Source: Mobula hypostoma
Taxonomy: Eukaryota
Assembly: GCF_963921235.1 (NCBI RefSeq)
Contig: NC_086108.1
Location: forward strand, 48,424,001-48,488,000
Direction: 5' to 3'
Length of the DNA stretch: 64,000 bases
Below, piece after piece: positions 1-11,100 of this stretch. The notes beneath the pieces were generated by a model. The model ran no database searches. It was given only the letters and a program-made list of their open reading frames with translations, and had not been told where the DNA came from. Position 1 is the first letter of the stretch. Each line of letters starts with the position of its first letter. Position numbers and translations under genes: made by a program.

Positions 1-399
1 ACTGCACTTTTATCCTGCGGTAGTAAACTCAGCTTCTGGAGGATTACTTCAACTTCTGAGCTCAACACCACAAAATAAATGCTCAGCCGTCTTGAATGAG
101 CAACCCTCTGGCTCAGGAACATGTGTTTTGTTAGGACCAATGCCAACATGTGAGTCCTCTCTCCTTCAACATCCACATTCTCCATGCCCTGAGGGTATCT
201 CTGTGCATGTGAGGTGCTTAGAAGAAACCTAAGTTAGAAAATTATTAGGAACAATTGCAAAAATTCAAGACCCAACTTTTTGACTTCTTCCCTGGCACTT
301 CAAATGGTGACAGAAGGAGCTCAGTGCCAGAATCAGGGATATGGAAAATTGTTACTTCACAGCTATTTGCAGAAGCAGAATTATTATTGTCATTTTTTG

Positions 400-1343
400 T
401 TTGTTTTGCTTTTCCCTCTCCTTCCCTCTTCTATTCTCCACTCTGGCCTTGTACCTGTTCTCCTCCTTTGTCTCTCACCTCCCCCAAGTGCCCCTCTTCC
501 TTCCCTTTCTCCCACAGTCCACTCTCCTCTCCTATCAGATTCCTAGTTCACCAGCCCTTCAACCTTCCCAACCATCTGGTTTCACCTTTCACCTTCACGC
601 TAGTCCTCCTTCCCCTCCCCCATCTACTTATTCCAGTGTCTTCCTCCTTCCTTTCCAGAACTGAAGAAAGGTCTTGCCCTGAAACGTCGACTGTTTATTT
701 ATTTTCATAGATGCTGCCTGAACTGCTGAATTCCTCCAGCATTTTGTGTGTGTTGCTCTCTAGATTGCCACAAATGTATTTGATTGTACTGCTTCTACAA
801 ATGTACTGTGGAGAGCATTCTGACTGGCTGCATCATCATCTAGTGTGGGGTAGTAGGGGGTTTACCACACAAGATCGAAGTAAATTGCAGAGACTTGTAA
901 AATTAGTCAGTTCTCTCATGGCTACCAGCCTCTGTAGTATCTAAGACATCTTCAAGGAGCACTGTCTATCATTAAGGATTGCCACCACCCAGGGCATGCC
1001 CTCTTCACACTATTACCATCAGGTAGGAGGTACAGAAGCCTGAAGGCGCACAGTCAGTGATTCAGGAACAGCTTCTTCCCCTCTGCCATCTGCTTTCTAA
1101 AGGACATTGAACCCTGCGACACTACCTCACTACATTTTTATTTCTGTTATTTTGCTCTACTTGTTTTAATTTAACTATTTAATAGATATACATACATATA
1201 TACACACACACTTAATGTAACTTCATATTTATTTACCTTGTATTTCATTGTACTGCTGCTGTAAGGTTAACAAATTTCACGACATAAGCTGGTGATATTA
1301 AATCTGATTCTGATTTCCAGCATCTCCAGAATCTCTTGTGTTT
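400..1343 (+). mobile_element. Old Penelope-derived 3' fragment (degenerate hammerhead near 657-693), split by a nested Rex1/Babar-like LINE 3' fragment (about 766-1315)
   Basis: Pyrimidine-rich tract then ctgaagaaaggtcttgccctgaaacgtcgactg...atagatgctgcctg...tgtgtgttgc. The remaining tail gatttccagcatctccagaatctcttgtgttt resumes near 1311. The insert encodes Rex-like ..CGESILTGCI.. and ends attaaatctgattctgatt. Confidence 0.7.
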
Positions 1344-1982
1344 ATTGTCATTATTGTTTCCCCAGATGAGCGCACCTGATACTGCACATTCATGTGGTAC
1401 ATTTGAAGAACATCATTGACACTGGCATTCTTTTCTCAGCATTTTGAAGATATTAAATACTGCTAAGGAATGTCATCAGAGCATAAAATTATACACTGTG
1501 TGGTGCTTCTATTCCCATTAAAGCAGGTGTTGCTTTCTTTTTAAAGAACCATACCTGTGGTGGCCAGATGTCTCTCTAACTTTACCCAATGTGCCATGTA
1601 ATTCAGTACTGTCTGAAATTAGCTGCTCCCAACCATCGCAGGAGTTGATTTCACCCCTCCAGATTAAACTGGGTGAAATTAATCCAGCTCATAACTTTGT
1701 GTGAATGCATGTCTTTGTGTACACATTTATTATAATGTATGTTTTTGCCACTTTCAAGAGTAGATGATTGATCTTTCCCCAACGTAGTTTAATGTCAAAC
1801 TGTATCACGGCAAGAACTTCAATCATAAGTATCTCTGAACGTGCAAAAGGTGAGGCTCAAGGCACATTAATAGGCTTGCAATTCTTGGTCAGTTTTCAGT
1901 GCAGCTTTGTTATACTCAGTATTTGCCAGTGAAAAAACAATATAATTCTACATCATTCACAACTGTTCTATTTCTCATGCAG

Positions 1983-2114
1983 TCCCACCCAGAATTGAAG
2001 GCCTGGCAGAGGAAACAGTCAATGAGGTTATTAGCAATCCCGTCACTTTTGCCTGCGATGCAACTGGCATTCCTCCACCGATATTAACTTGGCAGAAGAA
2101 TGGGATGACCATTG
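1983..2114 (+). CDS. HMCN1: HMCN1 exon ([44 protein letters not shown])
   Basis: catgcag| acceptor, |gtaaga donor; phase 1 to 1. Confidence 0.92.
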
Positions 2115-5100
2115 GTAAGATACTGTGGCACTAAATATAGAACTCATACTTTTGCTTGTATTAAGATAGTCAGATATTGCCCCCTGGTGGTTAAATTGAA
2201 ATAATAGCATAAATTCAGCATTATTTTGAGGAAAAGAATTGTTTTTATTCCCAGCTATTGTTCTCTCTGTTTACTTACGAGGGGTGATTGATAAATTCGT
2301 GGCCTGAGGTAGAAGGAGGCAATTTTAGAAAACCTAACATATTTTTATTTTTCAACATAGTCCCCTCCTACATTTACACACTTAGTCCAGTGATCGTGGA
2401 GCATACGGATCCCTTTTTTATAGAAGTCGGCGTCTTGGACCTCCAGAAAGAGCTCCACAGCAGGGGTGATTGATAAGTTTGTGGCCTAACGTAGAAGGAG
2501 CTGTTATTAACTTCAGACCTTCTGCATAATCACTCAAAGAGTTGAACTGCACGTGCATGTAACGAGAGCTGTATAAATCATCTCCTTCTACCTTACGCCA
2601 CAAACTTATCAATCACCCCTGCTGTGGACCATCTATTGGAGGTCCAAGACACCAACTTCTACAAAGAAGGGATCCGTATGCTCCACGACTGCTGGACTAA
2701 GTGTGTAAATGTAGGAGGGGACTATGTTGAAAAATAAATGTGCTAGGTTTTCTAAAATTGACTCTTTCTACCTTAGGCCACGAACTTATCAATCACCCCT
2801 CATACATTTCTGCGTAGATGTCTTAGGCACATATACTGTATATAGCTAGGGTGCCTAAGACTTTTGCACAGTACTGTATTTGTCAACGTAGGGTGGAGAG
2901 CGAGTTTGTAAATCTGGTGTAAGTAAGGGATGTTGGGAATGACGAGGGTGAAGTGCCGCAGGAGGGGTGTGGGACAGTTGGCAGAGACGAAGTGCCAGGG
3001 CAGGGTCTGGCATGGGTGCAGACACACCCAGCCCTGAGACACCAGGCCAAGGTAATTTGATTCCAAACAATTGGGTTTATTGATCATTACAGGATGTCCC
3101 TCTGGTGCTTCACGCTTCCTCCCCTCTCCCTTCCCCTTTTCCCAAACATTATTGTCCTCTCCCTGCCCCCTTCCCACTCTCAATGCGCCGTAGAGACCCA
3201 TATCAGAATCAGTCACACATGTCATGAGATACGTTTTCTCATGCAGCAGCAGTACAGGGCAGTGCATAAAGGTAATACGGTACTGTGCAAAAGTCTTAGG
3301 CAACCCAGCTCCCTCTTTCTCTCTCTGTCTCTCTCTCCCACCCCCTCACTCTCCCCCTCTCTCTCTCTCCCCCCCTCTCTCTCCCCCCTCTCCCCCTCTC
3401 TCTCCCCCTCTCTCACCCCTCTCTCTCTCCCCCTCTCTCTCTCTCCCCTCTCCCCTCTCTCCCCCTCTCTCTCCCCTCTCTCTCTCCCCCTCTCTCTCCC
3501 CCCTCTCTCTCTCTCTCCCCCTCTCTTCCCTCTCTCTTCCCTCTCTCTCTCCCCCCTCTCTCTCCCTCTCTCTCTCCCCTCTCTCTCTCCCCCTCACTCT
3601 CCCCCTCTCTCCCCCTCTCCCCCCTCTCCCCCCTCCCCCTCTCCCCCTCTCCCCTCTCTCCCCCTCTCTCCCCCCTCTCCCCTCTCTCCCCCTCTCTCCC
3701 CCTCTCTCTCCCCCCTCTCCCCCTCTCCCCCACTCTCTCCCCACTCTCTCCCCCTCTCTCTCCCTCTCTCTCTCTCCCTCTCTCTCTCCTCCTCTCTGTC
3801 TCCCCCCTCTCTCTCTCCCCCACTCTCTCTCCCCCTCTCTCTCTCTCATATATGTATGTATGTGCCTAAGACTTTTGCAGAGTACTGTACTTCCAGTAGA
3901 CCCAGTGAATGTCAGCATACCACTGATTTTACTTTCTTTTGGAATGGTTAAAATAGCTTTTGTGTAAATCAGTGCTAAAGCGTGTAAGATTGTTTCTTTT
4001 GGCACAGTAATACTATACAATATAGGAAACAAAGTACATTTGAACACAGTTTTTAATTTTGACTTAAAGGATTCAGTTGCTGCACTATTACAACAAAAGC
4101 AGAATTGCTGCAAATTCTTGGCAGGTCAGGCAGTATAGGTGGAGGTAGAAAGCGAATTAATGCTTCAGGTCAAGGACCTTTTGTTAGAATTCAGGTAATG
4201 GTGCTGAATCCATAAAGATCTTCTGACTAATTTTAAAGTTACCTGAAACAAATTATGTTGGAAGGGGTCTTTCTATTGGTTTTGACAACCTTCTGTTTCC
4301 TTGGGATATGGTGGTACCTTAAGCACATGACATCTTATTGTGTGACAGCTGCACTTGCCTGCAGTTTGCAAATGTTATTTTAACTTGCCTTATTGGAGCT
4401 GAATTCCTTACAAACGTGAACTGCAGTCCCTATAATTGAATTCCCAGTGTGAGTGGCTCCAAGAATTGGAGTACAGTGCGCAGACAGGAGAAAGGAAATT
4501 GTTTGCCACAAACCACAGGTAAGTTTCTCTTGCAATGCTGGCAGCACCGTCTGGGAGATCTGTCAAGTGTTCCTGGAGATAGCCAGACCAACTGAAGAGT
4601 TGCCAATCCGCTTTAACTCTTCTCAAAGACGGAATAAAGATGTGCCCTTGATGAACTTCAATCAAACAGAATTTTGTTCTATTTCTCGCACATTGGAATA
4701 AAAATTTGTATTGAGAGTAACTTCATGATGAATATACCACCGTTATTAACCTGTAATATCGATCATCTCTTAGTGATTTCACATTTATGGTTGACCACAG
4801 CAATCAGTAAGTCACTCCACTCCTCCAAAAGGGAAAAGAAATGGGAATTGCTTGGGCTACTTAATTGTGACTCTGAATGCAGGAGTAGGCTACCTAGTTC
4901 CTCCAACCTTCTATGCCATTCAATTTGATCATCTACTTCAATACCACATTCCTGTTCATGACAAAACATCTCCTCATACAGCAGTTCCTCAGGAATCAGT
5001 CTGGTGAACCTTTGCTGCACTCTCTCATTAGCCCTCTCCACCGCTGCTGCCTACCCAGCCAAGTACTTCCAGAATTTTCCAGTTTTATTTGTTCACTGAA

Positions 5101-8100
5101 AAACAAAATGCTGATAAAGTAACAACACATCAATTACTTTAAAAATACATTTTGTAGAATAAATCGATCTTTAATTGGTTTGAGTAGCAATAGGCATTCA
5201 TATTACTGACATTTTATAAAGTTTTACATGCTGTAACATAAAATGTTCAGAATGAAATTCTTAATTACTTTTCATTTTGAACTAATTCTACCCTTTATAT
5301 GGTTTTTTAATTACTTCTTGGTTGATCTTGTATGGATAGCTTTCATATTTACAACAGCAACACTTTCTGAAAGTTAAGGTATTCTTCACAATGTACAATC
5401 ATCTAAGCTGGATTCAACTGGTAAGTGATTCAGCAGTTCAATCATCAATAAGCTAAATTCATATTTTTATTAAAGACCACTGCTGTAACTTGCCTCGTAC
5501 ACGGCTTCTCACTACGTCAGAGAGGAATGGAGGGAAATCATCCACTAACCGGAGAAACTCCGGATGCAACGTACCTCTCCTGTCCTTATTAAAGACTAAC
5601 AAATGAGGAGGCATTTACTCCTCTTCCAACTCTTTAATCAGAATCAACTGATTTTAAATGAATGCAAATTGTTTGAATTTTCATCTTTCTATTATCATTT
5701 AACCCTAAAATGGACAATGGCTTCTGACAAGAGTACCAGTAAAATAACTTTCTATTGTGTTTTTTTTTCCTTCAGAAAATGCAGAGTCCTTGGAGATGCA
5801 CATTCTTTCTGGGGGCAGCAAACTGCAGATTGCTCGGTCACAGCTTGCTGACAGTGGCTCCTACACCTGTGTGGCAAGAAATGTGGAGGGGATGGCTCAC
5901 AAAACCTACATCCTGACAATTCAAGGTGCGCAAAAGCCAAGAGTCTAACTACTTTTCCTGCAACATACATCAAAGTTGCTGGTGAACGCAGCAGGCCAAG
6001 CAGCATCTATAGGAAGAGGTGCAGTTGACGTTTCAGGCCGAGACCCTACGTCAGGACTAACTGAAGGAAGAGTGAGTAAGGGATTTGAAAGTTGGAGGGG
6101 GAGGGGGAGATCCAAAATGATAGGAGAAGACAGGAGGGGGAGGGATGGAGCCAAGAGCTGGACAGGTGATACGAGAGGATCATGGGACAGGAGGTACGAG
6201 AAGAAAGACAGGGGGGGGGTTGACCCAGAGGATGGGCAAGAGGTATATTCAGAGGGACAGAGGGAGAAAAAGGAGAGTGAGAGAAAGAATGTGTGCATAA
6301 AAATGAGTAACAGATGGGGTACGAGGGGGAGGTAGGGCCTTAGCGGAAGTTAGAGAAGTCGATGTTCATGCCATCAGGTTGGAGGCTACCCAGACAGAAT
6401 ATAAGGTGTTGTTCCTCCAACCTGAGTGTGGCTTCATCTCCACAGTAGAGGAGGCCGTGGACAGACATGTCAGAATGGGAATGGGATGTGGAATTAAAAT
6501 GTGTGGCCACTGGGAGATCCTGCTTTCTCTGGCGGACAGAGCGTAGATGTTGAGCAAAGCGGTCTCCCAGTCTGCGTCGGGTCTCACCAATATATAAAAG
6601 GCCACATCGGGAGCACCGGACACAGTATATCACCCCAGTCGACTCACAGGTGAAGTGATGCCTCACCTGGAAGGACTGTTTGGGGCCCTGAATGGTGGTA
6701 AGGGAGGAAGTGTAAGGGCATGTGTAGCACTTGTTCCGCTTACACGGATAAGTGCCAGGAGGGAGATCAGTGGGGAGGGATGGGGGGGACGAATGGACAA
6801 GGGAGTTGTGTAGGGAGCGATCCCTGCGGAATGCAGAGAGAGTGGGGGAGGGAAAGATGTGCTTAGTGGTGGGATCCCGTTGGAGGTGGCGGAAGTTAGG
6901 GAGAATAATATGTTGGACCCGGAGGCTGGTGGGGTGGTAGGTGAGGACCAGGGGAACCCTATTCCTAGTGGGGTGGTGGGAGGATGGAGTGAGAGCAGAT
7001 GTACGTGAAATGGGGGAGATACGTTTAAGAGCAGAGTTGATAGTGGAGGAAGGGAAGCCCCTTTCTTTAAAAAAGGAAGACATCTCCCTCATCCTAGAAT
7101 GAAAAGCCTCATCCTGAGAGCAGATGCGGCGGAGACGGAGGAATTGCGAGAAGGGGATGGCGTTTTTGCAAGAGACAGGGTGAGAAGAGGAATAGTCCAG
7201 ATAGCTGTGAGAGTCAGTAGGCTTATAGTAGACATCAGTGGATAAGCTGTCTCCAGAGACAGAGACAGAAAGATCTAGAAAGGGGAGGGAGGTGTTGGAA
7301 ATGGACCAGGTAAACTTGAGGGCAGGGTGAAAGTTGGAGGCAAAGTTAATAAAGTGAACGAGCTCTGTATGCGTGCAGGAAGCAGCGCCAATGCAGTCGT
7401 CGATGTAGCAAAGGAAAAGTGGGGGACAGATACCAGAATAGGCACGGAACATAGATTGTTCCACAAACCCAACAAAAAGGCAGGCATAGCTAGGACCCAT
7501 ACTGGTGCCCATAGCTACACCTTTAGTTTGGAGGTCTCAAAGCTCTACGCTTCTTTTTGGATTCCAGACCTAATCAGTTCCCCTCTACCACCACTCTGCT
7601 CCGTCCAGCGGAATTAGTTCTTACTCTTAAAAATTTCTCCTTTGGCTCCTCCCACTTCCTCCAAACTAAAGGTGTAGCTATGGGCACCCGTATGGGTCCT
7701 AGCTATGCCTGCCTTTTTGTTGGGTTTGTGGAACAATCTATGTTCCGTGCCTATTCTGGTATCTGTCCCCCACTTTTCCTTCGCTACATCGACGACTGCA
7801 TTGGCGCTGCTTCCTGCACGCATACAGAACTCGTTCACTTTATTAACTTCGCCTCCAACTTTCACCCTGCCCTCAAGTTTACCTGGTCCATTTCCGACAC
7901 CTCCCTCCCCTTTCTAGATCTTTCTGTCTCTGTCTCTGGAGACAGCTTATCCACTGATGTCTACTATAAGCCTACTGACTCTCACAGCTATCTGGACTAT
8001 TCCTCTTCTCAACCTGTCTCTTGCAAAAACGCCATCCCCTTCTCGCAATTCCTCCGTCTCCACCGCATCTGCTCTCAGGATGAGGCTTTTCATTCCAGGA

Positions 8101-11100
8101 CGAGGGAGATGTCTTCCTTTTTTAAAGAAAGGGGCTTCCCTTCCTCCACTATCAACTCTGCTCTTAAACGTATCTCCCCCATTTCACGTACATCTGCTCT
8201 CACTCCATCCTCCCACCACCCCACTAGGAATAGGGTTCCCCTGGTCCTCACCTACCACCCCACCAGCCTCCGGGTCCAACATATTATTCTCCGTAACTTC
8301 CGCCACCTCCAACGGGATCCCACCACTAAGCACATCTTTCCCTCCCCCACTCTCTCTGCATTCCGCAGGGATCGCTCCCCACACAACTCCCTTGTCCATT
8401 CGTCCCCCCCCATCCCTCCCCACTGATCTCCCTCCTGGCACTTATCCGTGTAAGCGGAACAAGTGCTACACATGCCCTTACACTTCCTCCCTTACCACCA
8501 TTCAGGGCCCCAAACAGTCCTTCCAGTGAGGCATCACTTCACCTGTGAGTCGACTGGGGTGATATACTGTGTCCGGTGCTCCCGATGTGGCCTTTTATAT
8601 ATTGGTGAGACCCGACGCAGACTGGGAGACCGCTTTGCTCAACATCTACGCTCTGTCCGCCAGAGAAAGCAGGATCTCCCAGTGGCCACACATTTTAATT
8701 CCATATCCCATTCCCATTCTGACATGTCTGTCCACGGCCTCCTCTACTGTGGAGATGAAGCCACACTCAGGTTGGAGGAACAACACCTTATATTCCGTCT
8801 GGGTAGCCTCCAACCTGATGGCATGAACATCGACTTCTCTAACTTCCGCTAAGGCCCCACCTCCCCCTTGTACCCCATCTGTTACTCATTTTTATGCACA
8901 CATTCTTTCTCTCACTCTCCTTTTTCTCCCTCTGTCCCTCTGAATATACCTCTTGCCCATCCTCTGGGTCAACCCCCCCCTCTTGTCTTTCTTCCCGGAC
9001 CTCCTGTCCCATGATCCTCTCATATCCCCTTTTGCCTATCACCTGTCCAGCTCTCGGCTCTATCCCTTCCCCTCCTGTCTTCTCCTATCATTTTGGATCT
9101 CCCCCTCCCCCTCCAACTTTCAAATCCCTTACTTACTCTTCCTTCAGTTAGTCCTGACGAAGGTTCTCGGCCTGAAACGTCGACTGCACCTCTTCCTATA
9201 GATGCTGCTTGGCCTGCTGCGTTCACCAGCAACTTTGATGTATGTTGCTTGAATTTCCAGCATCTGCAGAATTCCTGTTGTTTGCGTTATAACTACTTTT
9301 CCTTCTGCTTTGAGCTTATCATTAGATCATAATATCAGTCTGGTTGCTGTCATAATCAATTTGCTTAGTTTGTGTGCATAACGAGGAAGAACGAAACAAA
9401 GGCAATTGTATAGCAAGTGCAAGAGCGAAGAACATACGAGAACCCTTCACCAACTTTCACCCTCCCAATCCTTTTCATGTTAATGTTAATAATGATCACA
9501 TAGAACAGCATCAGATTTAATAAAAATTATGGTTAATTGAACTTGCTCATGACATACTCCTGGCACCTAATTTCGTCCAGTTACCTTTTATCTGTTCAAT
9601 CCAAACCAGACAGATAACAATCAAAAATTTTAAGATCAGGCTCTGTTTTCACTACGTTTGCAGCATCCTTTAAACCTCCACCTCACCCCTACCCCACTCT
9701 ACCTTGACTTTCTTAAACTTTGAGCTTAGTTTCTCTGAGGTTGCTTTCATTATGTAAGCTCTAACTTCATAAAGTCCTAAAGAATAACCACCTGCCCCCA
9801 CCATTCCTCAGAGTCCGGTTCAGGTTTAATATCACTGACACACAGTATGTTGTGGTATTTGTTGTTTAATGCATCGTAATGCTTCTTACCTCATTCTACA
9901 ACCTATGCACCTTCCAAATTATTTGCTCCTAGTTTTAAAAACCTCTCTGGAACTGGATCATCCTGACTCAGCATCCAAGCTCATCCCAGACTTTCATCTC
10001 TCACTGCACACTTTCCCCTCTCCATCCTCATTTCTGGTGTTTGCTTTGTAACAATCTTGATTAAATCTGCTGTTGCTCAGCATTTGCCTGGCTGCTTCTG
10101 TTAAAAATACTACACGGTAGAATGTAGGTGTTGATTCTGTAACTTTTCAAAAGAGGAATAATGCTACCTTGTTCTAGTCTAGATGTCTTTTCTCCTGAGA
10201 ATTCATTAATGTGACCATCTGAAGTAATAACAATGCTTAGGCAACAAAGGGAAAGAATCAGGGAACAATGACTTGACACACCTCAGTGGAGTAGGTACAA
10301 AAGAAGGAGATGTAATTATCCAAAGAACAGTTTGGTCCCTGAATCTCTCTAATTCATTCCAATTTATTCCAACACATTGAAAAACTGGAAAACTTGAGAA
10401 CATGAAGTAGTAGAAAGAAAATCTCCTACTGAACAGTTAAAAAGAAATGTAAACACGAGGAAATCTGCAGATGCTGGAAATTCAAGCGACACACACAAAA
10501 TGCTGGTGAACGCAGCAGGCCAGGCAGCATCTATGGGAAGAGGTACAGCCGACGTTTCAGGCCGAGAACCTTCATCAGGACTAACTGAAAGAAGAGATAG
10601 TGAGAGTTTCAGTTAGTCCAGACGAAGGGTCTTGGCCCAAAACGTCGACTGTACCCCTTCCTATAGATGCTGCCTGGTCTGCTGCATTCCACCAGTATTT
10701 TGTGTGTATTGCTTAAAAAGAAACATAGTGTTTTCCATAGCAAATACATTTATATTTGTTAAAAAAAACTAAAATCTGATGGCTCCCACATCCATAATTG
10801 AGGGACTTGAAGGGAAATTAGAAACAATTGGACTGAGTGCTTATTTGGAGTAAAAGCTGTAAATCAAATATGATAACAGAATAGAGCTAATGCTGATATT
10901 GCTTAGAACCCCAGGTCAAAGAAGTTTTGCAAAACATTGCATATCCTCCATGTATTTTCAAGATTATAGAGAGATTAGTGGGAAGGTTGGATCGATTGTT
11001 ACAATTTGTGAAAGTTTCAAATACCAGCTCGAAATAAAATAAACCAAGAATAATCAAGCAGATTCTTCCCACCAAGGAATTATAGACCTGTGCAGAACAT

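Larger units (their letters stand above)
5960..9289. mobile_element. Palindromic Penelope-like retroelement insertion (inverted arm 5960-7534, direct arm about 7532-9289), Neptune-like
   Basis: Both arms encode RT (KGVAMGT..GPSYA, YIDD), a Cys-rich linker (CKRNKCYTC) and GIY-YIG (GVIY..C..C..LYIGET). 14-bp TSD TAACTACTTTTCCT at 5946-5959 and 9290-9303. Confidence 0.93.

Noticed and set aside
3094..4113. Long S/P/L-rich and E/R/G-rich ORFs (136-285 aa)
   Set aside because: Translations of the CT/GA low-complexity tract; no coding signal. The same applies to the ORFs at 25459-25793.
4400..4700. Strong donor CAG|GTAAGT at 4516-4524 and short ORFs suggesting an extra exon
   Set aside because: No Ig-like sequence, and the flanking HMCN1 exons already join into a complete domain; cannot be supported without RNA data.
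5960..9289. Palindromes as long-read fold-back artefacts
   Set aside because: Unique flanks continue on both sides, TSDs are present, arms differ by substitutions and indels, and HMCN1 exon order is undisturbed. Read-level confirmation is still advisable.
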